The notes under the pieces: model-generated
What the model was told of the DNA's origin: nothing
Database searches by the model: none
Seen by the model: only the letters and a program-made list of their open reading frames with translations
In this document: positions 18,285-30,598 of the stretch, piece by piece
Layout: the number at the start of each line of letters is the position of its first letter
How positions within the stretch are numbered: the stretch's first letter is position 1
Program-made: the position numbers and the translations under genes
NCBI GenBank assembly: GCA_963754945.1
Contig: CAVWIG010000031.1
Coordinates: 1-64,000 of the forward strand
Reading direction: 5' to 3'
Length of the DNA stretch: 64,000 bases
DNA from: Methanotrichaceae archaeon
GTDB taxonomy: Archaea > Halobacteriota > Methanosarcinia > Methanotrichales > Methanotrichaceae

Positions 18285-20837
18285 ACGCGTATTGTCATTG
18301 ACCTCCAAGGGGCGCAAACGTCGTTTTCTAGAAATAGAGGCGTTGGCCGGTACACAATCGAATTGGCAAAAGCGATGGCACAGAGTCCATTGGGTCATGA
18401 GATCATTCTAGCACTCAATGGAGCTTTTCCTGACACGATAGAAGCTATAAGAGCGGAATTTAATGGTATTTTGCCACAAGAAAACATAAGAGTATGGCAG
18501 CAGTTCTTTGATACCGCCGCAATCAATCTTGAAAACAAGTGGAGAAAGAAAGCAGGTGAAATCCAGCGAGAAGAGTTTTTAACCAGCCTTAAAGGCGATA
18601 TCATTTTTTCAACAAATCTACAAGAAGGGCTCTTTGATGCTGCTTGTACGAGTGTCAAAATATTAACCACTAACTCACTAATATGCTCTACGCTTCATGA
18701 TATTACCCCACTGATTTATCCAGATAGATTCCTTAGCGATAGCATAATCAGGACTTGGTATGAGGAGAAAATTAGTTTTATAAAAAAATCTGATATTATC
18801 CTTACAGTTTCGCAATCTTCACGAGTAGAGATTAGCAAGCTTCTAAGAATACCTGTGGAAAAGATATATGTCATTTACAACGCTGTCGATCCAAGCAAGT
18901 TCAGACCGAAAAGTATTGGAATTGATGATAAGAAAAAACTATTAGCCCGAATGAATATATCACGCCCATTTGTGATGTATGCTGGTGGGTCTGATTTGCA
19001 CAAAAATCTGGATATATTGTATTCTGCGTTCGCAAAAATACAAAAAGAGATGTTATGTTCTTATCAATTAGTGATGGTTGGAGTGGGGTTGAAACATCAA
19101 GAAAATCATCGCAATAAATTGAAAAAACTCGGCATCAGCGATAATGTGATTTTTACTGGCCATGTAGATGATGAAGATTTGGTGATGCTTTATAACTTGT
19201 GCGATTTATTTGTTTTTCCCTCAATGCATGAAGGCTTTGGGCTTCCACCGCTTGAGGCCATGGCATGTGGAGCTGCGGTCTTAGCTTCTAATATCTCGAG
19301 CCTTCCTGAAGTAATAGGGCACCAAGATGCTTTGTTCGATCCGTATGATGAAGTTGAACTAGCCAAAAAGATAGAGCGCGCTTTAACTGACAGAGGATTC
19401 GGATGTCTTCTAAAAGAACATGGGATTCAGCAAGCCAGTAAGTTTTCTTGGGAAAATAGCGCAGAATCATTATTGCGACTATTCGAAGAGAGTATCCTGA
19501 ACAATAGTATGGTTCGGTCGTTATCAACAAGAAGCGATCCTGTTCAAAACATCATCAGCCATGTGGCATCCATAAGCTCAAGCCTATCTTTTAATGAGAA
19601 TGACTTGATTGCGCTATCTACATCTATCGCTGAAACTTTTTGCACGAGAACAGATCGCTATCGTAGGCTATTTCTGGATGTTAGCTCCGTCATAAAGCAA
19701 GATGATCTAACAGGGATACAGAGAGTAGTGCGAGCTATTTGTAATGAGCTCATCAAAAATCGACAAGAAATAGATATTGAATTGGTTTGCACAACACCTG
19801 ATGATAATGAGTTTTACAGAGCAAATGCATTAATTAACAAAATCGCTGGAGTGGGCCAAAGGGGTGTTAGCAATGAGTGGATGGAGTTTTGTCCAGGTGA
19901 CATTCTCCTGTTCCTTGATCTTCATCCCGCTGTTGCAATTTCACACAAGAAAAAAATACAATTCTTGCGAAATAAGGGCATTCTCGTCTATCACGTCGTT
20001 TATGACATTATTCCAGTTTTGAAGCCAGAGCTCTTTTGGCCCGACCTGTGTCTCGAATTCTCTGCGTGGCTATCAGCAATTTCAAATTCTGATGGAGCAA
20101 TCTGCATCTCTCGCGCTGTTGCAGACGAGCTTGCAGAATGGTTAAAGACCAATGGCCCAAAACGTCTGCGACCTTTCAAAATCGGCTGGTTCCATCTGGG
20201 CGCGGATGTCGAAAAGTCCATGCCTACATGCGGCCTGCCGGACGATGCTTCTCGTGTTCTTGATCAGCTTGCCGCTCGCCCTAGTTTCCTGATGGTTGGC
20301 ACCATTGAGCCGCGTAAAAGTCAAGCTCAGGCTTTTGCCGCCTTTGAAAAGCTCTGGGCGGAAAGTTTGGATGCCAACCTTGTAATCATTGGCAAGCAGG
20401 GCTGGAATGTGGGAAATCTAGTAGAACTCCTGTGCAACCATCCTGAACGCGGCTGTCGGCTGTTCTGGCTTGAGGGTATCAGCGACGAATACCTGGAAAA
20501 AGTTTATGCTGCCTCGACCTGTCTTATTGCAGCCTCCGAAGGCGAGGGCTTTGGACTGCCGCTCATCGAGGCCGCGCGGCACAAGCTGCCAATCATCGCT
20601 CGCGATATCTCTGTATTTCGGGAGGTTGCTGGTGAGCATGTTTACTATTTTAGCGGCAAAGAGCCGTTAGATCTCGCAATGGCGGTACGAGAATGGCTTG
20701 TGTTATACAGATCGGGGCATCATCCAAAATCAGACAATATGACATGGCTAACCTGGAAGCAAAGCGTCCAGCAACTGCTGAGTGTCATCCTACATGAACA
20801 GTGGTATACCGAGTGGATAAACCACAAGCCCGGCTAA
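18285..20837 (+). CDS. Tandem two-domain GT4 glycosyltransferase
   Basis: Two EGFGLP motifs. The in-frame N-terminus (T)RIVIDLQGAQ..RGVGRY begins at ACG 18285. Confidence 0.88.
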   Translation, partial: TRIVIDLQGAQTSFSRNRGVGRYTIELAKAMAQSPLGHEIILALNGAFPDTIEAIRAEFNGILPQENIRVWQQFFDTAAINLENKWRKKAGEIQREEFLTSLKGDIIFSTNLQEGLFDAACTSVKILTTNSLICSTLHDITPLIYPDRFLSDSIIRTWYEEKISFIKKSDIILTVSQSSRVEISKLLRIPVEKIYVIYNAVDPSKFRPKSIGIDDKKKLLARMNISRPFVMYAGGSDLHKNLDILYSAFAKIQKEMLCSYQLVMVGVGLKHQENHRNKLKKLGISDNVIFTGHVDDEDLVMLYNLCDLFVFPSMHEGFGLPPLEAMACGAAVLASNISSLPEVIGHQDALFDPYDEVELAKKIERALTDRGFGCLLKEHGIQQASKFSWENSAESLLRLFEESILNNSMVRSLSTRSDPVQNIISHVASISSSLSFNENDLIALSTSIAETFCTRTDRYRRLFLDVSSVIKQDDLTGIQRVVRAICNELIKNRQEIDIELVCTTPDDNEFYRANALINKIAGVGQRGVSNEWMEFCPGDILLFLDLHPAVAISHKKKIQFLRNKGILVYHVVYDIIPVLKPELFWPDLCLEFSAWLSAISNSDGAICISRAVADELAEWLKTNGPKRLRPFKIGWFHLGADVEKSMPTCGLPDDASRVLDQLAARPSFLMVGTIEPRKSQAQAFAAFEKLWAESLDANLVIIGKQGWNVGNLVELLCNHPERGCRLFWLEGISDEYLEKVYAASTCLIAASEGEGFGLPLIEAARHKLPIIARDISVFREVAGEHVYYFSGKEPLDLAMAVREWLVLYRSGHHPKSDNMTWLTWKQSVQQLLSVILHEQWYTEWINHKPG

Positions 20838-20876
20838 TGAGATTGTCTTAAAATGCTTCTAAGTCACCAACCGAAC

Positions 20877-21959
20877 TTATGTAATTGGAATGCACTTGCG
20901 GATTTTCTCTAGGAATACAAAAGTGTCGAATTCCTCGGCGCGCTTGATGCAGGCTTCTTTGTACGACTCCGGATTTTTGGATATCTGCGTCATCGCCCTT
21001 ACCAATTCGTCTCTGTTCGCCCCAACCAGTAGCCCTGTTTTGCCGTTTACCACGGTCTCCCTGAATCCGCCCTCTTTCACCGCCACAACCGGCTTTCCGC
21101 TGGCCATGGCCTCCACGGGCGTTAAGCCGAAGTCTTCATCCTCTGCAGTGCATATTAACCCTTTGCAGCGCGCATAGAGGTCAATGAGCTCATCTTCGGA
21201 GATCGCGCCGCGAATCTCAACATTGTCTGGTATGTTTTTGACCAGTTTATGGTAATAATTAGCGGAATGATCGCCTTTTGTATAACCGCCCACGATCACA
21301 AGCTTTTCCTCGGGAAGCTCACGGAATACATCGAACTGCAGGTCTATTCTTTTCTCAGGATATATTCGGTTCACAGACAGCCAGAACTCGCCATACTCCA
21401 CAAACTTAAACCTGCTCGTATCTACGGGCGGATAAATGATCTCCGACTGTCGGCCATGAAACTTCAGAATCCTTCTCTGCACATTTGAGCTGATGGCGAT
21501 TATGCCCTCTAGATTCTTCACCGATCTCTGGTCAAACCATCTGTGAGTTCCAATCCACGTGGCAGCAAGCTGTTTTACCAACCAGTTCGGCTGCCGTGAG
21601 ATCATTTCTTTTCTCAGATCGTAGAAGGCCCTCACTGGAGTGTAGCAGTACCAGAGGTTCGGGCGATGCTTTCTGGCAGCATAGTGAGACCAGTTTCCTG
21701 AAAAGATGAAGAAGTCGTAATCCTTCGCGAAATCGCAGGTGGCGAACATGAGGGAGGCCGAGATCTGCTTTAGAGGAGGAAATTTGATGGTGCTGCCCAG
21801 GCTGATCACATTGACGTCCGTGTACCCTAACCTGCGGATGGACTCAGCGCTAACGTCAGTCGTTATTATATCTCCCTTGAGGGCTCGGGCGAGCATCAGC
21901 GCAACCCGCTCGCCTCCGCCGATGGCCCCGATGTAGTCCAGGAAGATGGCAATCCTCAA
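20877..21959 (-). CDS. Glycosyltransferase family 4
   Basis: GGGERV and [18 protein letters not shown] motifs. Confidence 0.92.
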   Translation of the reverse strand: MRIAIFLDYIGAIGGGERVALMLARALKGDIITTDVSAESIRRLGYTDVNVISLGSTIKFPPLKQISASLMFATCDFAKDYDFFIFSGNWSHYAARKHRPNLWYCYTPVRAFYDLRKEMISRQPNWLVKQLAATWIGTHRWFDQRSVKNLEGIIAISSNVQRRILKFHGRQSEIIYPPVDTSRFKFVEYGEFWLSVNRIYPEKRIDLQFDVFRELPEEKLVIVGGYTKGDHSANYYHKLVKNIPDNVEIRGAISEDELIDLYARCKGLICTAEDEDFGLTPVEAMASGKPVVAVKEGGFRETVVNGKTGLLVGANRDELVRAMTQISKNPESYKEACIKRAEEFDTFVFLEKIRKCIPIT

Positions 21960-23203
21960 TATGATCCCTTGCGCTCCTTCTCGGCCAGGTAATGATCAAG
22001 CTGGTCTCTGATGATGTCCCTCACAGTGTGCTCTCTCTTGAAGCCGAGCGCTTCAATCTTCTTTGTGTCTGAAAGCAGTATGGGAACTTCTGCCGGCCTG
22101 AACCTCTCCGGGTTGAAGATGATCTTTATCTTCTTATCTCCAGCGTGAGCGATCACTCCGCCGTCCTCTGCAGTGAACTCCAGCTCCCCTCTGAGCATCA
22201 TGCCGTCGACCTTTGTCTTCTCGAAATCCAGGCCGAAGATCGGCGATTTATCGGGCTCATTGGGGTCCTTTATGACCTTTTCTCCTTTGAAGGTCTCAAT
22301 CTTGCTGACCGGATAGCCCGCTTCCTCAAGGCTCATCAGCAGGTAGCTCATGACGGAGTTGGTCCTCATGGAGCCTTGATTGTACACGTCCCCTAATTTT
22401 CCATTCTCCGCCAGCAGCAGATAGCCCTCAATTACATCGTCAACGTGACTCCAGTCACGGAAGGCGTTGACGTTTCCTATAGTTATTGAATCCAGCTCCC
22501 CGAACTTCAGCTTCATAACCTGGCTGGTAGCCACCGAGGTCACGAACATATTGCCCCTGCCAGCTCCTTCATGGTTGAAGGCCCTGGAGATGAGCGTCTT
22601 GACACCATAAGAATACCAGTAGGTCCTCATCAGAAAATCGCCGTAAACCTTGCTCACGGCATAAGGAGACATTGGCCGGAGAGGATTGGTCTCGGCGGTC
22701 GGCACCTCGGGCAAATGTTCAGGAGCGGGAAATATTGAACCATACTTTTCCACTGCCTTTTTATATTGCTCCTCCGAGGACAGCACCAGGCCGTACTCCT
22801 CGCTGCTCCCGGCGAATACTACCACCGGATCAGCATTTTTAATCCTCACTGCTTCTAGGAGGTTCGAGGCTCCCCAGCAGTTGCAGAGCATGGTCTCATT
22901 GGGATCGACGAAGGAACGCTCCACAAAGGATTGGGCTGCCAGATGAAAAATAATATCGGGCTCGCTGGCGGTGATGGCGCTCCCAATGCTCGAAATGCTT
23001 TCCAGATCGCCTTCAACTAGCTGGACCTCCTTTCCCAGATCCAGACGTTTCATGTTATGAGGGACTTTGCCGTCTGCCCGGCGGCGTAGCAGGCCTGAGA
23101 CGTTCGCGCCACCATCTATCAGCCTTCTGGCCATCCTTGATCCTACAAATCCACTTATTCCTGTTATTAAAATATTTTTATCCTTTAAATCCAAAAATCT
23201 CAC
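21956..23203 (-). CDS. gmd: GDP-mannose 4,6-dehydratase
   Basis: [30 protein letters not shown] and RFRPAEV motifs. Confidence 0.88.
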   Translation of the reverse strand: MRFLDLKDKNILITGISGFVGSRMARRLIDGGANVSGLLRRRADGKVPHNMKRLDLGKEVQLVEGDLESISSIGSAITASEPDIIFHLAAQSFVERSFVDPNETMLCNCWGASNLLEAVRIKNADPVVVFAGSSEEYGLVLSSEEQYKKAVEKYGSIFPAPEHLPEVPTAETNPLRPMSPYAVSKVYGDFLMRTYWYSYGVKTLISRAFNHEGAGRGNMFVTSVATSQVMKLKFGELDSITIGNVNAFRDWSHVDDVIEGYLLLAENGKLGDVYNQGSMRTNSVMSYLLMSLEEAGYPVSKIETFKGEKVIKDPNEPDKSPIFGLDFEKTKVDGMMLRGELEFTAEDGGVIAHAGDKKIKIIFNPERFRPAEVPILLSDTKKIEALGFKREHTVRDIIRDQLDHYLAEKERKGSY

Positions 23204-23207
23204 AACC

Positions 23208-24113
23208 TTATTTTACGTAGAATCGAAGAAGCTCTTTAACTCCTTCCTCCAGGTTGTATTTAGCTTTGAAGCCGAGCACCTTCTCAGCCTTCGCATTGTC
23301 AGATAGAGTGTGCAAAACATAGTTATTTATGGGATTCTCCACATGTTGGGGCTTAACATCCAATCCTAGGTTCTTATTCAGAATCTCTATTGTCTGGTTG
23401 AATGTGTACGCCTTTCCTGTCCCAACATTCAGGATTCCATGATAATCCGACTTCATAGCCAGTTGCAGCGCACGCACAACATCTTTGACATAAGTGAAAT
23501 CCCTCGTCTGGGATCCGTCTCCAAATATAACTGGTACCTTTCCATTCTGCATCTCCCAGAGAAACTGGGTGACCATATTTGCATATTGTTTTTTTGCGGT
23601 CTCCTTTGGCCCGTACACGGAGAAGAACCTCATGCCCGCTGAGCTTACACCAAAGAGCTGCTTGTAAAGCTCCGCCATCCTCTCCATCGCCAGCCTGGCC
23701 TCAGTATAATAATCTGCAACCCTGATGGTCATATCCTCGCGATGAGGCGGCTGGAGGCCGTTGTAGAGCGAAGAAGAAGAGGCATAAACCACCCTGGCCC
23801 CCGACTTCCTGGCCAGCTCGAAGACGGACGTAAAGCCGTTCAGCGCTTCTCCTACCAGGTAGGGATTCTTTTTGTACATGGGCGAGGAGGACGGGATGCC
23901 CAGATGGTAAATCTTCTCGGGGCATAGCTCCATTCCTGGAAGCTCATTGCAGCTCGCTCGGATCAACTTCAGGTTGCCCTTCAACCCTTCCAGATTGGTG
24001 GGGCTTCCCGTGTGCATGTTGTCTAAGACCATAACTTCTTCGCCCGCTGTCAAAAGCTCCTCTACCAGATTGGAGCCTATGAATCCTGCACCACCAGTAA
24101 CAAGTACGCTCAT
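23208..24113 (-). CDS. NAD-dependent epimerase/dehydratase
   Basis: VLVTGGAGFIGS and GDGSQTRDFTYV. Start moved to MSVLV. Confidence 0.9.
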   Translation of the reverse strand: MSVLVTGGAGFIGSNLVEELLTAGEEVMVLDNMHTGSPTNLEGLKGNLKLIRASCNELPGMELCPEKIYHLGIPSSSPMYKKNPYLVGEALNGFTSVFELARKSGARVVYASSSSLYNGLQPPHREDMTIRVADYYTEARLAMERMAELYKQLFGVSSAGMRFFSVYGPKETAKKQYANMVTQFLWEMQNGKVPVIFGDGSQTRDFTYVKDVVRALQLAMKSDYHGILNVGTGKAYTFNQTIEILNKNLGLDVKPQHVENPINNYVLHTLSDNAKAEKVLGFKAKYNLEEGVKELLRFYVK

Positions 24114-24849
24114 GATAATCTGGCTTTCTAAAATCCCATAACTCCTATATTCATCTGTCGCAACTGATTTGAAGGCTCCATTTCTTCGCGCTAATAGGCC
24201 TCCTCTAATTTCAACAAAAACAGCAATCTGGGCTGAATCAGTTACCACTACCTATTGCTTCCTCTGGCGTAGACCCTCTCAGCCTGGTTGCATATTTCCC
24301 ACAGTCATATATCCTGGACTTTTTCCTGCGCTGCCTTCGCAATAGTCGCCTTTTTAAGTAGTTAGATTTAGCCTCGGCCAGAGCCCCTCTGAAGGTTGAT
24401 ACTATCCGGTCTCCTTTCGTGACAGGTGAAACTCCGTGCCTTTTTATCGACAACGATTTGATCGAGGATCGAGAATCGAGAGCGAACGAGAAAAAACGCC
24501 CTAAATTAGGATTCCAACCATTTGATCGCAATTCTCCCCAGAAATCAATTAAATAGTATATATAGAGTTATATATGTGAAAACCATATCAAGTGAAGCAT
24601 TCCTATATCCATTCAAAGATTCTAATTCCTAAAGAACCTCAAAGCTCAGCTTATAATTTGTATATTTATATACATAATTGTAATATTATGATTTAGCTGC
24701 CTTCTGCATAAGGGAATTTCGACAAGATCAGAGATAGCAGCTAGATATAGTTATCAAACCCGCGAGCGTCTTGCTGATCGACAAGACGGCAAATAGAAAG
24801 ATCATTTAGGCGGAGGGCTACATAATTATAGAATGGGCAAATCACACGG

Positions 24850-26160
24850 ATGGCTGATATGTTACCTTCAAAAATGGGTGCGATAGCAATATCTGGCATT
24901 ATTATTGCGTTTATTATGGCAGGGTCAGCTTGGGCAGCAAATCCTCTGATAGATGTTAAGGATTTCGGGGCCAAAGGTGATGGGAAGACAGACGCGACAC
25001 CCTCTTTTCAGAAGGCTTTGGATAATGCGAGTAAGTATGGGGGAATAGTGTATATTGGACCGGGAATTTATCGTTTGAACGGAACGCTTACCATTCCCCG
25101 TGGAGTCACTCTGCAAGGAGTCTGGGAAGGCCCACACGATGCTGAATTGGACAAAGGAACAACTCTCCTCGCTTATGCCGGGAGGAACAACGAGTCTTCA
25201 GTTCCATTTATCAGGCTCGAGACGGATAGCACAATTGAAGGTGTAACGATTTTCTATCCTGAGCAAAACGTGAGCGATATTCGCCCTTACCCTTGGACGA
25301 TTCAGGGTTCCGGAACACATTTAAATGTAATCGATGTTACTATAGCAAATGCCTATGATGGCATAGATTTCGGAACTTTTCCAAACGAGGATCATCTTCT
25401 CAGAGATGTCCACATGTGTGCTTTGAGAAGAGGCGTATTGATCGATCAATGTTCGGATATTGGTAGACTGGAAAATGTCCACATCCACACGAACTACTGG
25501 TCGCGAGTAAGCGCACCTTACACTCTTAGTTCAGATGAACAGTCGGTCCTCTATAATTATACTTTGTCGCACCTGGAAGGGTTCATCTTCGGTAGAACAG
25601 ATTGGGAATACGTCTCAAACTCATTCGTAATATTTCCAAAAGTGGGATTCCATTTTATAAGGACCAATACAACCAATGGCGGTCTGGCAAACGTGCTTCT
25701 CACCCAGAGCGGTTCAGACGGCTGCCTTCTTGCGGTCAAGATCGATGAGGTACAACCTCATGCCGGCGTAGCCTTTGAGAACTGCCAGTTCATGTCCGGA
25801 TTTGAAATCGGCCCGGACAACTGGGGACCGGTTAAACTGACGAATTGTGGATTCTGGGTAGTGCCCGAGACTGGATCGCAGATGATCTTGAATGGTCAAG
25901 GGACTGTAACCTTGACAGCTACTCATTTTGACGATTGGGATCGGGCTAACGAGAACAAACCGTGCATTGTGGCGTTGAATGGTTCTCTGTTGATGAATAA
26001 TTGCGATTTCAACGGAATCGAATTTCCATCACCCCATATATATCTGGGGCCAAATGTCAAATCTGCATCCATTATCGGAAATCGTTTCCAGCATGGGGAA
26101 ATGAAGATCGTGAACGAATCCAGAGGCGACGTACAAATTTTCGGGAATGTGAGGCAATAA
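24850..26160 (+). CDS. Secreted pectate-lyase-3/GH28-like beta-helix protein
   Basis: Signal peptide; DVKDFGAKGDGKTDATPSFQKAL motif. Confidence 0.85.
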   Translation: MADMLPSKMGAIAISGIIIAFIMAGSAWAANPLIDVKDFGAKGDGKTDATPSFQKALDNASKYGGIVYIGPGIYRLNGTLTIPRGVTLQGVWEGPHDAELDKGTTLLAYAGRNNESSVPFIRLETDSTIEGVTIFYPEQNVSDIRPYPWTIQGSGTHLNVIDVTIANAYDGIDFGTFPNEDHLLRDVHMCALRRGVLIDQCSDIGRLENVHIHTNYWSRVSAPYTLSSDEQSVLYNYTLSHLEGFIFGRTDWEYVSNSFVIFPKVGFHFIRTNTTNGGLANVLLTQSGSDGCLLAVKIDEVQPHAGVAFENCQFMSGFEIGPDNWGPVKLTNCGFWVVPETGSQMILNGQGTVTLTATHFDDWDRANENKPCIVALNGSLLMNNCDFNGIEFPSPHIYLGPNVKSASIIGNRFQHGEMKIVNESRGDVQIFGNVRQ

Positions 26161-26550
26161 TCTGATCGTAAAGGATTGATTGTGCATAATGGGTGCCGGT
26201 TGTCCGGGCAAAGCTCACCATTTTATCGCCCTTTTTTGTGGTCTATGTTTGAGTTTGGTACATAGCTGATTATCACAGCTTCGGGCGCCAGTGACAGCAA
26301 CGTCTATCGTATTCGTGGTGAGTTGCACATCTTATACGTATAACCAGATTGGACCCGATGAACCCTGCGTCGCCAGTTACGAGTACTCTCAAGCAAATTC
26401 TCCTCTTCTATGACGACAATATCTCTTTTTAGTCTCACTAGACAGCCCATTTAATCGCATCAGTAGTTGCTTCGATATAAAAGTCATTCTGGGAAGATAT
26501 ATATCGATCAAGGGTAAAGTCATTCGCTTAAGAAGATCTGGCTGATTTCA

Positions 26551-27153
26551 ATGATCGCGATAGTTGATTACGGGTTGGGGAACCTGAGGAGCATCTACAA
26601 TGCGCTTGCGAGGGTCAACGCGGCTCCGGAGATAGTGCGTGAACCAGAAGGGCTCGCCGAAGCGGACGGAGTGGTAGTCCCAGGGGTGGGTGCCTTTGGA
26701 AGGTGCATGGAACAGCTCTCTAGGTTTGGAGATCCGCTTTCCGATGTCAGAAAAGCCGGCACGCCGATGCTTGGCATATGCATCGGACTGCAGGTTCTCT
26801 TTGAGAAGAGCCAGGAGAGCCCCGGAGCCAGTGGATTAGGGTGGATTTCAGGCCAAGTTGTGCGGCTCCCAGAGGAGGTCAACATACCCCACATGGGCTG
26901 GAACAACCTCTCAATCAAAAAGCCCGTGGATCTGCTGGACGGCGTAGAGAATGGAGACATGTTCTATTTTGTGCACTCATATCATTGCATACCGGAAGAC
27001 AGGTCGGTTATTGCAGCTACTACCGATTACGGCACAGATGTAACGGCAATGATATCCAAGGACAATCTAACGGCTACCCAGTTCCATCCCGAAAAGTCGG
27101 GACAGAAAGGGCTCCGGATCCTGGAAAACTTCGTGAGGTCCACGAAATGCTAG
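26551..27153 (+). CDS. hisH: Imidazole glycerol phosphate synthase glutaminase subunit
   Basis: DYGLGNL, PGVGAF, GICIG and QFHPEKS motifs. Confidence 0.97.
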   Translation: MIAIVDYGLGNLRSIYNALARVNAAPEIVREPEGLAEADGVVVPGVGAFGRCMEQLSRFGDPLSDVRKAGTPMLGICIGLQVLFEKSQESPGASGLGWISGQVVRLPEEVNIPHMGWNNLSIKKPVDLLDGVENGDMFYFVHSYHCIPEDRSVIAATTDYGTDVTAMISKDNLTATQFHPEKSGQKGLRILENFVRSTKC

Positions 27154-27959
27154 CCAAAAGGATCATACCCTGCTTGGATTGCGACCTAGGCGTGCCAGGT
27201 GGCAGGGTTGTAAAGGGCATTGAGTTCAAGCAGATAAGGTACGCAGGTATTCCCTGGGAGCTGGCCGGAAAATACTATGAGGACGGGGCAGATGAGATCG
27301 TTTTCTTGGATATAACGGCATCGCACGAGCGGCGGGACACGATGGTGAGCGTAATAAAGAAGACATGTGAGTCGGTCTTCGTTCCCCTGGCCGTTGGGGG
27401 CGGGATAAAGAGCGTAGAAGAAGCCCGTGACGTCTTTAATGCCGGCGCTGATAAAATAAGCGTGAACACATCGGCCCTTAGACGTCCTGAGCTGATAAGC
27501 GAAATTGCGGACTACTACGGAAACCAGGCCGTAATAATAGCCATTGATGCCAAGCGCAGGTACAACCTGGAGCCGGGTCGCGAGATCATAGAGACGCCTG
27601 AAGGCCGCTGCTGGTTTGAGTGTTCCTTCTATGGAGGGCGTGAGTTCACCGGAATAGATGCTATAGCCTGGGCCAAAAGGGCTGAGCGCTTGGGAGCAGG
27701 CGAGATTCTTCTGACCAGCATGGACCGAGATGGCACTTATGACGGTTTCGATATACCCTTAACCGATGCGGTCTCCAGGATGGTCAGAATTCCGGTTATC
27801 GCTTCAGGTGGAGTTGGGAGGCCTGAACATATGTTGGAGGTCTTCCAGAAGACCAACGCTTCGGCTGCGTTGGCGGCGAGCATCTTCCACTATGGAGAGT
27901 GGCGGATCCAGGATGTTAAGAAGTACCTGGCCGAGAATGGCGTGCACATGAGGCTATAG
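27147..27959 (+). CDS. hisF: Imidazole glycerol phosphate synthase cyclase subunit
   Basis: [17 protein letters not shown] and TSMDRDG motifs. Confidence 0.97.
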   Translation: MLAKRIIPCLDCDLGVPGGRVVKGIEFKQIRYAGIPWELAGKYYEDGADEIVFLDITASHERRDTMVSVIKKTCESVFVPLAVGGGIKSVEEARDVFNAGADKISVNTSALRRPELISEIADYYGNQAVIIAIDAKRRYNLEPGREIIETPEGRCWFECSFYGGREFTGIDAIAWAKRAERLGAGEILLTSMDRDGTYDGFDIPLTDAVSRMVRIPVIASGGVGRPEHMLEVFQKTNASAALAASIFHYGEWRIQDVKKYLAENGVHMRL

Positions 27960-28255
27960 GATCTGATCGTCGGCCTGTTTCACAATAGAATTCGGGGGGT
28001 GGGACCGGTTTATGGTGCCTGGCAAGGCTCTGTAGCAGGCTGTTGGAGATGAAATCCTTAGCTCCAGAATTCAGAAAGAAGAGATGCATGAGTCATTAGC
28101 GTACGAACCTGCAAAAACGCTCGGCCAAGGCGGCTGCCAATATATGGATGCCTGTATTATAGAGGCTCCAAGATTATCTTTCGGCGTGGTGGGTCAAATA
28201 AGCGCAACGTCGTAAACAATATTCAATATTCTAAAAAAAATGGGATCGATGGATC

Positions 28256-28645
28256 TCAGGTCGAGATCAGCTGCTTTAGCCTCTGGATGCTCTCCATGGC
28301 TTGAGCAGACTCGTGCATCTTCTCCTCTTCAAAGTGTTTTATGATGTCGTCTATTGTGGCATGAAGTGCGTATACCTTCATTGGTCTTCCTTTGCCCTCG
28401 CGCTTGATCTCCTTCTCCTCTATCCAGTTGTTTTCGCGCAGAGTGCGCATCGCGATGCTAACCTCTGGTTGGCGAAGGTCAGAGCCCATCTCTATCTCCC
28501 GGGACGATGCTTCTTCTACATTCGCCAGAAAGGTGATAAGGGTGGCTACATTTCGCGGCACGCCCAAGGACCGCAGGGTCTCTACAAACTCCATGTCCTT
28601 GTCGTCAAGGATCTTTACAGTGGACTCCCTCATGATGGTCACCAT
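28256..28645 (-). CDS. Winged-helix transcriptional regulator (ArsR-like)
   Basis: LRQPEVSIAM and GKGRPMKVY motifs. Confidence 0.85.
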   Translation of the reverse strand: MVTIMRESTVKILDDKDMEFVETLRSLGVPRNVATLITFLANVEEASSREIEMGSDLRQPEVSIAMRTLRENNWIEEKEIKREGKGRPMKVYALHATIDDIIKHFEEEKMHESAQAMESIQRLKQLIST

Positions 28646-29000
28646 ATTTTTTTAACTAGAAATACTTTATCATATAAATAATTTGTTTTGAAAATGCTCG
28701 AGATTAAAATTTACTTAATTAAACTAATAAATCCGATAATAAGATTAAACTGATGTTATCTTTACAAATAAAAGGGTCAGGGTTCTAATAAAACCCCCAA
28801 AAAAGACCAATAAAAATAGAATTTCAGTTGCTTGGAACCCCGAAAAAGTGAATATTAGCGATCTTATAAACTGTGTTTGATATCCCAATCAATTTTTAAA
28901 ATAAATCAAACACAAAAAGTTTATTAACTAAGTAATTTAAATTAACTCTCAACATGAACCCTATAGAATGTGGCGAGAATAAATTGCGGCGGGATAGATC

Positions 29001-29801
29001 GTGAGAGCGGTCTTTTGGGCGTCCGGGTTCATCCTGCTCTTATGCTCTGGAGCCTTCTGTTCTCCAGACCAGGAAGCTCTGCCTGGAGTGTACGACTTGG
29101 CCTCCAATGGTCAGCTAACCATCTCTGTGATGGATATGTATAGGCATGATGATGGGCTGGGGTCCTGGATCACTCTAGGATTGGTAGTTCAAAACGTACA
29201 GAACAGGACAACTTCTGTTAATCCTGAATCTTTCGAGGTTATAGACAGCCTGGGAGGAACGGACCAGGCCTCGACAGAGAACAATCTCATGAATCCTCTG
29301 GTTCGTCGCGATGTCGGGCCGGATGGTGTTGTTGTCGGAAGCCTGGGATTCAAGGTTGAGGCAGGAGCCAGGCCTGTTATGCTAATCGATAATAGCACTG
29401 GATTGAAGATCAGGCTTGACAAGGCTAACAGACCTCCTGGGATATCCCATTCACCGGGGGTTCCTGTTGCAGTTGGTGATAGTATCGTTGGAATCGAGGG
29501 CATCTCTCGGTCTGAAGATGGAAGGATGATTCGTATAGATTACCTTCTAAAAAACTCCGGACCGGGTGTCATGCTCCTCGAGCCCAGAGATTATGGGAAA
29601 TTTGGTGTCCTAATGGATGCATCTGGCTGGAGCTATCAAGCGATCGATTACAAGATGTTGGGTCCGGCAGTTGCCCCTGGGGGAGCTTTTGAGGGATTTA
29701 TGGCCTACTCCGTTCCTGATGGCTCAGATCCTAGGTACCTTCTCTTCTGGCCTCCAGATGAGGATGCCGTCCTCTTCGACCTAGACAGTCGCGAAAAATA
29801 G
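29001..29801 (+). CDS. Secreted two-domain Ig-like (DUF4352-like) protein
   Basis: Signal peptide; two repeats of N..F.V.D..G..PG....G.L.F.V. Confidence 0.6.
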   Translation: MRAVFWASGFILLLCSGAFCSPDQEALPGVYDLASNGQLTISVMDMYRHDDGLGSWITLGLVVQNVQNRTTSVNPESFEVIDSLGGTDQASTENNLMNPLVRRDVGPDGVVVGSLGFKVEAGARPVMLIDNSTGLKIRLDKANRPPGISHSPGVPVAVGDSIVGIEGISRSEDGRMIRIDYLLKNSGPGVMLLEPRDYGKFGVLMDASGWSYQAIDYKMLGPAVAPGGAFEGFMAYSVPDGSDPRYLLFWPPDEDAVLFDLDSREK

Positions 29802-29820
29802 TGATTATATAAAGGGACAA

Positions 29821-30423
29821 TTGCCAGAGGATTTTGCCAACAGAAATATCTGTATCCTAGATAATGGCCCTTTCATGATCTATGTGGAGGTCTGCAAGGA
29901 GGACCTTGTGTTGGCTACCAGAACCGAGGTTCGCAACCCGCCCGGAATGCTTTTCGGAAGCACAAGCCCGCTTCTTAAGCCTTTCATGAGGAAACTGGAA
30001 GAGCTGCTGCCTGCGGAACAAAAAGGGAGAGGCGATAGCTACACTCTATCCATGCTCTACCCTCACATAGGATCAGTTCACGCTGATGAGAAACTGATCC
30101 GGGTCGAGAGCGATGAAAAGGCTGTTGCAATAACCAGAGATGAGCTGGCTGCCATTGTAGTAGACAGGTATCCTGCTTCTGATCACCGCAGGCTCAACCT
30201 TCCCGGTCTCTTATTCCTTCAGAGCAGCCCAGGGTTTCAGGCAGCCGTTGTGTCTAAAATAAAAAGAGAACACAATCTTCGATTTCCTGAGGGCAGAAGG
30301 ACGCTTCGATACATCTTCCATATGACCGTAACCTCAATAGATGCTGATAAAGAGCGGATAAAGATCGGGTTAGATCTTGACAGGCTGCCTAAAATGGCAG
30401 AAGCCTTTGGGTCAATGGATTAG
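29821..30423 (+). CDS. Hypothetical protein
   Basis: 200-aa ORF with host-like composition; start uncertain. Confidence 0.6.
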   Translation: MPEDFANRNICILDNGPFMIYVEVCKEDLVLATRTEVRNPPGMLFGSTSPLLKPFMRKLEELLPAEQKGRGDSYTLSMLYPHIGSVHADEKLIRVESDEKAVAITRDELAAIVVDRYPASDHRRLNLPGLLFLQSSPGFQAAVVSKIKREHNLRFPEGRRTLRYIFHMTVTSIDADKERIKIGLDLDRLPKMAEAFGSMD

Positions 30424-30598
30424 AGGAAAAAGCTCCTTAATCTTCATTGAACCGCAGAGCTCGCAGCTGTGGTGCCATTCCGGCTCAGCCTTGACCTTTA
30501 GGGGTAAGTCCATACACCAGCGGCCCTGCCTCATCTCCTTGGACGAACTGCCGCGCCTTTCGAGCATCCATCCATAGAGGCCTTATCTTGGCAGCGGA

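Noticed and set aside
26841-27146. N-terminal extensions in the ORF track (hisF, argC, tnpA, wzt, coaD)
   Set aside because: They overlap upstream genes or IS ends, and the family starts lie downstream.
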